Shown: positions 8,528 through 16,714, counted from the stretch's first letter. The stretch is DNA of 64,000 bases from Acidobacteriota bacterium (GCA_039931205.1 JBDTSJ010000095.1:104-64103), one strand, 5' to 3'. Notes: generated by a model from the letters alone, not told the origin. Translations and numbers: made by a program.

Positions 8528-10079
8528 GCGGTTTGGTCTCCGTGCCGATCCAAAAATCCTTGGGAGGATTTTCCCACGCCGGCTCACTGAGCAGCCGGGG
8601 TTTCAACACAATCAGGACCTCGCCACTGTCGTTGCTCTTGGTCTCACGCCGGAACAGATGACCCAGGCCGGGAATCTCCGACAAACCAGCCACTCCGTTG
8701 ATCGTGTGACTGATGCGGGACACGGCCAGCCCCGCAATAATCGCGTATTCGTCGGATTTCACGCGCACGGTACCGGAAAACTTGCGGCTGGAAATGACGG
8801 GAATGCCGTTATTCGAACTGCCTCCCAACAAGCTGTACTCGGACTCGATGACCAACGTCATCTCGCCGTCCGCATGCACCGTGGGGGTGATTTGCAGCCT
8901 CAACCCAAGGTCCTGAAACTGAGTGACCGGCGTGTTGCTGTTCGGAATCGTGGGATCGCCGAACGTCCCGGTAACCACCGGATAGCGGTCGCCAATGTGG
9001 AGCTGAGCCTGTTGACCGTCCAGCGATACCATCTGTGCGCGCAGGGAGGAGCGCGCGGAACTGGTACTCAAAGTGGCAAACGCTTGCGCCCCCGTGATAC
9101 CCAGGCCAATGGTCGAGGTGGACAACCCGAGCCTGGCAAAGGTCATGGGGTTTGTCAGGGTGCTAAAGGAAAAAACGTTCTGCAGGTTGAAACCATAGCT
9201 CAACGTAGAATTGTTGGCGACGGAGAGCAGTTCCACTTCCACCATCACCTGCGCCCGATAACGCGCCAGGTCTGTGATAATCCTGCGCGCGGCCGTCACC
9301 TTATATTCCTGGTCGCGCAGAAAAATGACCCGCCGCCCCGCGTCTACCGCGATATGCCGCAGTTCCATGATCTGCTGAACGCCACTGGCCAGTTCCTGCG
9401 CCTCTTGTACGCTCATTCTCTGGGGAATCGGGATGGCCATGGCAATCACGGGAGTATTTGCGGTGCGCTTGTCGGGCGTATCGCGAAACACCAGCGCCGT
9501 ATTCTCGCGCGCCGCCACCAGGAAGGTGTTGCTGGCCGATTCCATGGAACGAAATGCGTCGGACATGCTGGCATCTCGCATGCGAAACGTGATGACTTCC
9601 GGCGCCTGGAAATCCGGCTCAAAGACCAGCTGAATGCCGTAAGCTCGCGCGACTTCTTCCCAGACGGGCCGTATGCTTCCTCGAATGTCGAAGGTTTTGC
9701 GCTCCGAGGAAGGCTTCAGTTTGGCCGGCAGCAGCGTATCCCGGCTCTCAATCACGTCGGTCGCCGAGAGTTGCTCGGCGGTCATCCTCTGCACCATGCG
9801 AGCTGCCGGATCCAAGGCGGGGTCCGGGCCGGCCACCACATCGGCGGATTGCTGCAAGCGGGTTTGAAGAAGTCTGCTCTGGGCAGCGCCTTGGAACGAA
9901 AAAGCGCTATTCCTGGCCGTGTTCGCGGCGGCGCGCCCGTAAAGGAAGAAAGCGTTTAAAGTGTCTCCCGCCGCCTCCGCCCGCTGCGCCGACTCGTACA
10001 AGAATTTTGGGGTTTCTTCCTGTCCCCGGCAAATGGCCGCCAAGCCCAACAGAACAAACGCTATAGAAAAACACTTCAC
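8514..10079 (-). CDS. secretin (type II/III secretion system family outer-membrane channel)
   Basis: 521 aa with a signal peptide (MKCFSIAFVLLGLAAICRGQ). The C-terminal secretin domain ends ..INGVAGLSEIPGLGHLFRRETKSNDSGEVLIVLKPRLL. No other T2SS or T4P genes are nearby. Confidence 0.8.
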   Translation of the reverse strand: MKCFSIAFVLLGLAAICRGQEETPKFLYESAQRAEAAGDTLNAFFLYGRAAANTARNSAFSFQGAAQSRLLQTRLQQSADVVAGPDPALDPAARMVQRMTAEQLSATDVIESRDTLLPAKLKPSSERKTFDIRGSIRPVWEEVARAYGIQLVFEPDFQAPEVITFRMRDASMSDAFRSMESASNTFLVAARENTALVFRDTPDKRTANTPVIAMAIPIPQRMSVQEAQELASGVQQIMELRHIAVDAGRRVIFLRDQEYKVTAARRIITDLARYRAQVMVEVELLSVANNSTLSYGFNLQNVFSFSTLTNPMTFARLGLSTSTIGLGITGAQAFATLSTSSARSSLRAQMVSLDGQQAQLHIGDRYPVVTGTFGDPTIPNSNTPVTQFQDLGLRLQITPTVHADGEMTLVIESEYSLLGGSSNNGIPVISSRKFSGTVRVKSDEYAIIAGLAVSRISHTINGVAGLSEIPGLGHLFRRETKSNDSGEVLIVLKPRLLSEPAWENPPKDFWIGTETKPPTLY

Positions 10080-10118
10080 CGCTAAGATATGACGCAGCGA
10101 TTAGCCCCGGCGTGCAGT

Positions 10119-10126
10119 AAACTCAA
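10119..10126. repeat. target-site duplication, left copy (AAACTCAA)
   Basis: Identical 8-mer directly abutting the outer end of each terminal inverted repeat. The other copy is at 13293-13300. Confidence 0.85.
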
Positions 10127-10151
10127 AGTGATTATGCACTTGACACACATG
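10127..10151. repeat. IS left terminal inverted repeat
   Basis: See the mobile element entry. 23/25 match to the reverse complement of 13268-13292. Confidence 0.85.
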
Positions 10152-10167
10152 GCCCTTTAGATCCATA

Positions 10168-11202
10168 ATGGAGGGCATGAGGAATACCCCTTCCCTGATA
10201 GACGTAGCCAAGCAGTTTGGCACCCCTGAAGCGTGTATCCAATACCTCGTAATGATGCGGTGGCCTGAAGGCGTGCAATGCGTTTCCTGCCAGAGCAAGA
10301 AGGTCTCAAAGCTGTTTGTATCTAAGGGTAGGCAGCGTACGAACAAGAAGGGGGAGGCCGTGCGGTCGCCTGATCGCTACCTCTATACCTGCTTGGAATG
10401 TAAGCACCAGTTCTCCCCCACTGCGGGCACAATCTTTAACGATACCCATTTGCCTCTGACGGATTGGTTCATGGCCGTGGCGCTCATGTGTAACGCAAAG
10501 AAGGGCCTCTCCGCGAAGCAACTAGAGCGCGATCTGCACATCAGCTACCGCACGGCGTGGTATCTTGCCCATCGCATCCGAAAAGCGATGGAGGACGGCG
10601 CTCCCGGTCTGCTAACAGGTACCGTTGAAGCTGACGAAACTTTCATTGGTGGCGAATACGACAGGCGTCGCAAGCGCTCCAAGTATGGCAAGCAGGCCGT
10701 ATTCGGCGCATTGCAGCGCGCGCAGGACGGCAAGCCTTCCCAAGTGCGCGCATTCCCTATCAAGAAAGCTGCGGGCAAGTTCCTGACGGGCGCTGTGGCT
10801 GGAACCGTTTCTACTACAGAAGCGACGCTATTCATCACGGATGAACACTACGGTTACCGCAAGATCGGGAAGCAGATGCAGCATGAAACGGTAAAGCACA
10901 TAGCGTTGGAGTACGTTCGCAAGGGCGATCCCCGAAACATCACGATCAACGGCATCGAGTCGTTCTGGTCACTGTTCAAGCGTGGTGTGATAGGTTCCTA
11001 TCACAAGGTGAGCGTAAAACACCTTCGCCGGTACCTCGACGAATTTACCTTCAGATTCAACAATCGCGAAGCAGAAGACCTATTCATGCTGGTCTTCCTG
11101 AACCTCGTGATAGCTCAGGGCATCAAGTACTCAGAATTGATTTCTTCCGAGGAACCAAACGCCGTCGAACCTTTGGAGCCGCCTGACTTTTCTTGGGAGT
11201 AG
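10168..11202 (+). CDS. IS1595-family transposase (N-terminal zinc ribbon plus ISXO2-like DDE domain)
   Basis: 344 aa with ..ACIQYLVMMRWPEGVQCVSCQS.., ..ISYRTAWYLAHRIRKAM.., ..VEADETFIGG.., ..NGIESFWSLFKRGVIGSYHKVSVKHLRRYLDEFTFRFNNRE. Confidence 0.85.
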   Translation: MEGMRNTPSLIDVAKQFGTPEACIQYLVMMRWPEGVQCVSCQSKKVSKLFVSKGRQRTNKKGEAVRSPDRYLYTCLECKHQFSPTAGTIFNDTHLPLTDWFMAVALMCNAKKGLSAKQLERDLHISYRTAWYLAHRIRKAMEDGAPGLLTGTVEADETFIGGEYDRRRKRSKYGKQAVFGALQRAQDGKPSQVRAFPIKKAAGKFLTGAVAGTVSTTEATLFITDEHYGYRKIGKQMQHETVKHIALEYVRKGDPRNITINGIESFWSLFKRGVIGSYHKVSVKHLRRYLDEFTFRFNNREAEDLFMLVFLNLVIAQGIKYSELISSEEPNAVEPLEPPDFSWE

Positions 11203-11428
11203 GCATTATGCCGTCCTTCGCGCTGGCTGGCGTGGCGATGAGTTTGCCTAGGAGAGCGTCGAATTGATTCTTATCTGCCTTCATTGACCATCCGGTCTAA
11301 GCCTAACAAAGAACATACCCATTTCGGCATTCGGAAACGCCCACCCTGAAATTCTAAATCACCATACCCTATTTTCTCTACGGCTATGCTATTATCCCCT
11401 TAGGGCAGGATCTGCTTTGAGGTGAGAA

Positions 11429-11899
11429 ATGAAAATCGACTTAGCTAAGGTAGAATCGCAAATCAGAAAACTGGAGGAACTTCGGAGGATTGCATCGGAC
11501 CCCGAATTGTTGTCTCTCTTAGAGACCGTGATGGTCAACGGGGCATCGTCCCCGATTCAATCTCCCCCACTGATCCAGCCACCAGTAAAACACGTAGAGG
11601 CTACGGCTTCTATTCGCCCTTTCGTTTTTGGAAACTCCAGAAAAGGAAAAAAGGGCGTGTTTCAGTCCGCTGTTAGAGACGCCATTTCGCGTATCGAAAT
11701 CGACAAACCATTTACTGGGTACGTGGTTGCGCGTAGAATGCTGAGCGAGGGCTACAAGTTTGCGGCCAGTAAGCCGGGGATCGCCGTTATCGACGCACTA
11801 AAGGCAATGATCAAAAAAGGGGAAGTTCGAGTTTTCAGGAAAGGTGGCGGCAGCGAAGCTACGCTGTTTATTCGCGTTGCCGCCAAGGAAAACCAATGA
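11429..11899 (+). CDS. hypothetical protein, IS passenger 1 (coiled-coil N-terminus, Pro-rich linker, possible winged-helix C-terminus)
   Basis: 156-aa ORF with a GAGGTGAGAA Shine-Dalgarno motif before the ATG and a clean codon pattern. No family recognised. Confidence 0.55.
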   Translation: MKIDLAKVESQIRKLEELRRIASDPELLSLLETVMVNGASSPIQSPPLIQPPVKHVEATASIRPFVFGNSRKGKKGVFQSAVRDAISRIEIDKPFTGYVVARRMLSEGYKFAASKPGIAVIDALKAMIKKGEVRVFRKGGGSEATLFIRVAAKENQ

Positions 11900-11951
11900 T
11901 AACTATCTAGTTTCTGTCATCCCGCTAACCGATAACAGGAACCAAAACGAG

Positions 11952-11997
11952 AAGGACCGATCCGCCGACTTTTGCAGGGCTGACGGAATCGGTCCTT
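11952..11997 (+). other. strong hairpin between the two passenger genes
   Basis: AAGGACCGAT-CCG ... CGG-A-ATCGGTCCTT forms 13 bp with one bulge. It lies 53 nt after the stop of the 156-aa ORF. No U-tract follows. Confidence 0.4.
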
Positions 11998-12156
11998 GGT
12001 TGGCAAGCACCTTTATGGAGAGCTGCCAGAATTGGTAAATGGACTCGCCTTATAAGCGAAAGTCATGCTACTGATACCAGCATGTGAGGGTCCGAGCCCC
12101 TCGCTCTCCGCTTCACCCATATTATACATACATTTAGTGGATTCGCGCGAGCATAA

Positions 12157-12951
12157 GTGCCACATAGCTTCGATATCTGCATTGACGAATCGGGGGATCA
12201 GGGCTTTTCCTTCCATAAGCCTGATTGTTCGCATTGGTTCGTGCTATCAGGCGTAATTAGCCTACGTGCTCGCACTGAGGAGATGACCAGCCTCATTAGA
12301 AGTGCTAAGCAATCACTAAACTGGCAGGAGAAGCAGCATCTGCATTTTAAGGACGTGAAAATCGACCGGCGCGAAGAGCTAATTCAAACCCTTATTCAGG
12401 ACGCGTCTCTATTCCGGGCAATCGTCGTAATGGTGCATAAACCTTCACTACACAGCCCAGAGAAGTTCAAGGAGGAGAACCGGCTCTATTTTTACTTCAC
12501 AAGATTTCTGTTGGAGAGAGCTTCGAGGTTGTGCCGGGATCACCCGCAACGCCACGACAAAAATATGGGCGACGGTTCTGCGCGCGTTATCTTCTCAAAG
12601 ATGAATGAAATATCGCATAAAAGAATTCAGCGATATTTTGGGGATCTACGTGGTATTCAAACCTCAATCGACTGGGACGTAATTAAGGACACTCAGTTTG
12701 AAACACTTTCCCCAACCAAGCATGCGGGCTTGCAAATTGCTGACTCCGTGGCTGGAGGTTTCTTTTGCGGAGACCATCCGGTCCAGAAGAAACAGAGTCC
12801 ACGTTGGTGTCAGATGTTTAAGCCGATGCTCTATACTGGCAGAGACGGGGAACATCGCGGATACGGACTCAAGATATTCCCAAAGGAAGCTGAAACGCGC
12901 ATCGCCCAAGGGACGATGTCCGCTTGGGCGATGACGCACTATCCAGTGTAG
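12157..12951 (+). CDS. DUF3800-family protein, IS passenger 2
   Basis: 264 aa with a GTG start. It has the N-terminal ..ICIDESGDQG.. motif and the C-terminal ..HAGLQIADSVAG.. motif, the two signature motifs of DUF3800 as I remember them. Confidence 0.7.
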   Translation: MPHSFDICIDESGDQGFSFHKPDCSHWFVLSGVISLRARTEEMTSLIRSAKQSLNWQEKQHLHFKDVKIDRREELIQTLIQDASLFRAIVVMVHKPSLHSPEKFKEENRLYFYFTRFLLERASRLCRDHPQRHDKNMGDGSARVIFSKMNEISHKRIQRYFGDLRGIQTSIDWDVIKDTQFETLSPTKHAGLQIADSVAGGFFCGDHPVQKKQSPRWCQMFKPMLYTGRDGEHRGYGLKIFPKEAETRIAQGTMSAWAMTHYPV

Positions 12952-13060
12952 GCCTAGGCTCCAGGAGCCCACCGTTTTACCGGCTGCCGCCCATAAGGAC
13001 GACCTGGAGTGGTTCCCACGAATCCTACACTTTGAGTATCGGGTCCGCTCTTAATCTGGT

Positions 13061-13124
13061 CAAGATATCATTGGATTTACCTATGGCTATAACCAAGTTA
13101 TAATCCAATATCTTGTTTTGTTTG
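13061..13124 (+). terminator. candidate intrinsic terminator after the passenger genes
   Basis: CAAGATAT(CA)TTGGATT ... AATCCAATATCTTG forms a long imperfect hairpin with an inner TATAAC-caa-GTTATA stem. It is followed by TTTTGTTTG. Confidence 0.4.
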
Positions 13125-13267
13125 TGTAACATGCCAAATTACGATATCTCCGTGCATGTCCACGTCCCCCCATACCATATTCACTATCCTTTGGGTAGTG
13201 AGTTCACTTACCTATTCCTTTTCTTACGGCAATGAATTCTAGCGCCAGCCTGTCCATCTAAGCCTAT

Positions 13268-13292
13268 CATGTGTGTCAAAGGCATAATCACT
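13268..13292. repeat. IS right terminal inverted repeat
   Basis: CATGTGTGTCAAAGGCATAATCACT. Confidence 0.85.
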
Positions 13293-13300
13293 AAACTCAA
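13293..13300. repeat. target-site duplication, right copy (AAACTCAA)
   Basis: Identical to 10119-10126. Confidence 0.85.
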
Positions 13301-13338
13301 GTGCTTTTTCCGCCGATAAGTGTGTTGGGGATTCCCGC

Positions 13339-14595
13339 ATGGCTACTTTCGCACCCGTCCGCTCCAATTATCGTCCCAGCATCCCGCAGGATTTGAAGTC
13401 CCTGGGGGTGCCCGATACGCTGGTGCTCGACTTGATCCTCCGCCGCATGTTGATCGAGGGGTACTCCAGCCTGGCCGGATTGAGCCGCTCCTTGCGCATT
13501 GCCATCCCGGTAGTCGACGCCGTGTTCAAGCATATGCGCGCCCAACAGCTTGTGGAAATCAAGGGCATGGTGGGCAATGACTACAACTTCATTCTTTCCG
13601 CCGCCGGAAAGCAACTGGCATCGGAACGCTTTCAAGTCTCCCAATACGCGGGCGCCTGCCCAGTTTCGCTCACCGAATATCACGCCGCGAGCAAGGCCCA
13701 GGCAGCCAAGGTAATGGTCGACCGCCGGATTCTGCGCCAGGCATTCTCCGACCTGGTCGTCAGCGACCGCATGCTGGATCAATTAGGCCCCGCTATCATC
13801 TCTCAGACGTCCATCTTCGTCTACGGACCCACCGGCAACGGCAAAACCAGTCTGGCGGAACGGATGTTGCGCGTCTATCAGGACGCCATCATGATCCCTC
13901 ACGCTGTCGAAGTCGACAACCAGATCATCAGTGTCTTCGATCCAGTGGTCCACCAGCCCATCGAAAATGACGAAGAAGACGTGGACAAGCGTTGGATCCT
14001 GTGCCGCCGGCCCTGCATCGTCGTAGGCGGTGAGCTCATCCCCAGCATGCTGGAACTGCGTTTGGATGAGACCTCCGGTATTTACGCCGCTCCGTTTCAG
14101 ATGAAGGCGAATAACGGCATTCTGTTGATCGACGACTTCGGCCGTCAGTTGATGAGTCCGCGCGACCTTCTCAACCGTTGGATCGTGCCCCTGGATCGCC
14201 GTGTGGACTACCTGACTCTCCGTTACGGCGTGAAATTCCAAATCCCGTTTGAGCTCATGGTCGTCTTCTCCACCAACCTGGAGCCCGCCGACCTGGCCGA
14301 TGAAGCCTTCCTACGCCGTATCCACAACAAGATTTACGTCGAGGCCGTGGACGCCCCCGCGTTCGACCAGATCTTCGCCCGCGTGGTCCAATCGCGCAAC
14401 CTGCAAGTGGAATCGGATAGCGCGGAGTATCTGCGGAAACTGTGTCTGCGCGAAGGCCGCACGGAACTGCGCGCCTGTTACCCCGCCGATATCTGCAATA
14501 TTTTGACGTCTATCGGACGTTACGAAGGGCGTCCGCCGTTGATGACGAAGCCCGAGATGGAACGCGCCACGGCGCTGTACTTCGCGAAGAGCTAA
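13339..14595 (+). CDS. AAA+ ATPase of an uncharacterised family (N-terminal winged-helix-like region)
   Basis: 418 aa with Walker A VYGPTGNGKTS and Walker B ILLIDDFGRQ. It also has a MoxR/ChlI-like block, NRWIVPLDRRVDYLTL..FELMVVFSTNLEP..EAFLRRI. Confidence 0.75.
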   Translation: MATFAPVRSNYRPSIPQDLKSLGVPDTLVLDLILRRMLIEGYSSLAGLSRSLRIAIPVVDAVFKHMRAQQLVEIKGMVGNDYNFILSAAGKQLASERFQVSQYAGACPVSLTEYHAASKAQAAKVMVDRRILRQAFSDLVVSDRMLDQLGPAIISQTSIFVYGPTGNGKTSLAERMLRVYQDAIMIPHAVEVDNQIISVFDPVVHQPIENDEEDVDKRWILCRRPCIVVGGELIPSMLELRLDETSGIYAAPFQMKANNGILLIDDFGRQLMSPRDLLNRWIVPLDRRVDYLTLRYGVKFQIPFELMVVFSTNLEPADLADEAFLRRIHNKIYVEAVDAPAFDQIFARVVQSRNLQVESDSAEYLRKLCLREGRTELRACYPADICNILTSIGRYEGRPPLMTKPEMERATALYFAKS

Positions 14596-15080
14596 GGACC
14601 GGTCGATTCCGCCGTCGAAGCTTCCGAATTCTGCGCCATGGTTGCGGTTAAGCCACCTGTGGTCCGGCGTGGCCCAAGTCCCAGCGCCGTAAGCGACAAT
14701 GCGCCTAACTTGCCATCCACTGGAATGTTCTGGGCCTTTTGAAATCGCTTCAGCGCTTCGGTGGACTCCACGCCCCAGGTACCGCTCACTTCCGTAGCAT
14801 ATCCGCGATCCGAGAGTGCCTGCTGGATTTCCATGTAACGCTCGGAACTCGGATGTTGAACCACGGCGCGGGTGGGTACAATCGCTTTCTTCGATTTGCT
14901 CTTGCCTTTAGCCACAGTGGTGGCTTTGGCATTCTTGGCTTTCCCGGATTTAGCCGCCGCCGGAACCTGCTTGGTATTCTTCGTGGCAGAGGGCTTGGCA
15001 GGTCCCGCCTTTTGTGCGGCAACTAGCCCTACGCATAGGGACAGCCCGGCCATCAACAAAACTGGAAGCAGCCTCAGCAC
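14592..15080 (-). CDS. secreted peptidoglycan-binding (PG_binding_1) protein with Lys/Ala-rich linker
   Basis: 162 aa with a GTG start and a signal peptide. A K/A-rich stretch (..KNTKQVPAAAKSGKAKNAKATTVAKGKSKSKK..) precedes ..IQQALSDRGY..GTWGVESTEALKRFQKAQNIPVDGKLGALSLTALGL. 1-nt overlap with the htrA stop. Confidence 0.75.
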   Translation of the reverse strand: MLRLLPVLLMAGLSLCVGLVAAQKAGPAKPSATKNTKQVPAAAKSGKAKNAKATTVAKGKSKSKKAIVPTRAVVQHPSSERYMEIQQALSDRGYATEVSGTWGVESTEALKRFQKAQNIPVDGKLGALSLTALGLGPRRTTGGLTATMAQNSEASTAESTGP

Positions 15081-16714
15081 TAGTTCTCCGGTAAGGTTCC
15101 CGCCAGATACAACGTCACCGACTGTGGAACTGCCGCCGCCCGGCTTTTGCCCCGCCCGTTAGCGCCGCCGAATCCCGGCACCGGACGGATCACGTGGAAG
15201 GTAACCGCGTCACCCGCCTTTAACGTGCCGCGGACCTTGTTGATATCGTCAATCGAATTCACCGGCTGGCGATTGATGGCGTCGATGATATCGTTGTCTT
15301 CCAAGCCGACATCTTCCGCGAAGGAATCCATTACCACACTGGCGATCGCTATCCCATGGCCTGAGGCAACCATGCTGCGCTCCTGCTCCGTAATCGCACC
15401 CCGCACGCGGAAACCAAACTGAATTTCCGAGGATTTCGCCGTCCTGCCCGGCACGGCGTCCTGTTGGCGGCTGCTGCCCACAATGCGCGGATCGTCCTTG
15501 TACATCTCCGCGCGATTCTGAATCAGGACTCTGAGGTCCATCATCTTGCGGTCACGATCCACACTGAACGCAGCCTGTTTGCCGACTGGCAAGTCCGCCA
15601 CGCGCGCGATCAGATCCTGATTGTCCTTCACTGGCTTGCCGTTGATCGCAACAATGATGTCGCCCGATTTGATTCCGCCTTCGGCCGCCGGACCACCCGC
15701 CCGAATGGTTTCAATCACTGCCCCGTGATCCACGCCCAGCGCTTTCAGCATCGTGTCGTAGCGGGTGGCATTCGCCAGGCCGACGCCTACCGAACCACGC
15801 GTCACGTGGCCATCCTTAATGATGTCGTTATAAACCCGCACACCCATGTTGATGGGCAGAGCGAATCCAACGCCCTCCGAACCACCGGTGCGTGTTGCGA
15901 TCATGGTATTTACACCGATCACGTCGCCCTTGATGTTCAGTAGAGGCCCGCCGCTGTTACCGGGGTTGATGGCTGCATCCGTTTGAATGAAGTTCTGGAA
16001 CGCGCGAACCTCGCCGCCAATCTGATCCGCTCCGCGCCCGGTCGCGCTGACAATGCCCGCCGTCACGGTGGCTTCTAGACCAAACGGAGACCCAATCGCG
16101 ACTGCCCAATCGCCCACTTGCACGGAATCCGAGTTGGCGATGCTTACAGGCTGCAGCGTCTTGCGAACGTCGATCTTGATCACGGCCAGGTCGGTTTCAT
16201 AATCGGTGCCGATCACATGGGCCTTATAATCATTCGAATCGCCGTGCAACTTTACGCTGATCTTCAAGGCGTTCTCGACAACATGGTTGTTGGTGAGGAT
16301 GTAACCGTTCTTGTCGACAATGAAACCAGTTCCTGAGGCCGTGCGAGGCGGTGCTTCCGCTTGTTCGCGAGGACCGGGCGCTTCGCCGCCTTCGGGCAGG
16401 AAGCGTCTGAAGAACTCCGGAATATCGCCCTCGGCGCCCTGCTGCTCTCCCGCTCCCGCGGCGGAAGCCGGGATTTCCACCTGGATCGCAACCACGCTCA
16501 TTTCCAGCTTCTTCGCAAGCTGCGTAAATTCGTTACCGATCGTCGTAATCGGCGGCACGGTGAGGGGCGTCGCGTCGATCGCGCCGCTTTGTGCGCTGGC
16601 CTGGCCCCACTGCGTCGTGATCACCGTTCCGATCAGTATCCCTACCGCTAGCGTGCAGAGGACCAGCAAACTGGACGTAAGCTTCTGCCGGCGCATCTTT
16701 TCAATCAGCTTCAT
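15080..16714 (-). CDS. htrA: HtrA/DegP/DegQ-family periplasmic serine protease with two PDZ domains
   Basis: 544 aa. Catalytic triad contexts are TNNHVV, DLAVIK and GNSGGPLLN. Confidence 0.9.
   Translation of the reverse strand: MKLIEKMRRQKLTSSLLVLCTLAVGILIGTVITTQWGQASAQSGAIDATPLTVPPITTIGNEFTQLAKKLEMSVVAIQVEIPASAAGAGEQQGAEGDIPEFFRRFLPEGGEAPGPREQAEAPPRTASGTGFIVDKNGYILTNNHVVENALKISVKLHGDSNDYKAHVIGTDYETDLAVIKIDVRKTLQPVSIANSDSVQVGDWAVAIGSPFGLEATVTAGIVSATGRGADQIGGEVRAFQNFIQTDAAINPGNSGGPLLNIKGDVIGVNTMIATRTGGSEGVGFALPINMGVRVYNDIIKDGHVTRGSVGVGLANATRYDTMLKALGVDHGAVIETIRAGGPAAEGGIKSGDIIVAINGKPVKDNQDLIARVADLPVGKQAAFSVDRDRKMMDLRVLIQNRAEMYKDDPRIVGSSRQQDAVPGRTAKSSEIQFGFRVRGAITEQERSMVASGHGIAIASVVMDSFAEDVGLEDNDIIDAINRQPVNSIDDINKVRGTLKAGDAVTFHVIRPVPGFGGANGRGKSRAAAVPQSVTLYLAGTLPEN

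Larger units (their letters stand above)
10127..13292 (+). mobile_element. IS1595-family insertion sequence carrying passenger genes (3,166 bp)
   Basis: Terminal inverted repeats AGTGATTATGCACTTGACACACATG (10127-10151) and the reverse complement of 13268-13292 (AGTGATTATGCCTTTGACACACATG) match at 23/25. They are flanked by perfect 8-bp direct repeats. The interior is visibly more AT-rich than the flanks. It encodes an IS1595-type transposase plus two further ORFs. Confidence 0.85.

Noticed and set aside
8658-9959. 433-aa ORF on the plus strand, antisense to the secretin gene
   Set aside because: It lies entirely inside a homology-supported gene on the other strand. Its translation is Arg/Gly/His/Pro-rich with no recognisable motif, which is typical of a high-GC antisense artefact.
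11285-11310. ccatc(cggt)ctaagccta downstream of the transposase gene resembles the subterminal sequence next to the right inverted repeat (ccatctaagcctat), considered as a relic of an older, shorter IS end
   Set aside because: The match is about 14 nt with a gap and is not followed by anything resembling the 25-bp terminal repeat. It is too short to support.
13131-13235. 34-codon plus-strand ORF (MPNYDISVHVHVPPYHIHYPLGSEF..) in the AT-rich right arm of the IS
   Set aside because: It is short, has no ribosome-binding site and lies downstream of the terminator-like hairpin. It is more likely non-coding subterminal IS sequence.
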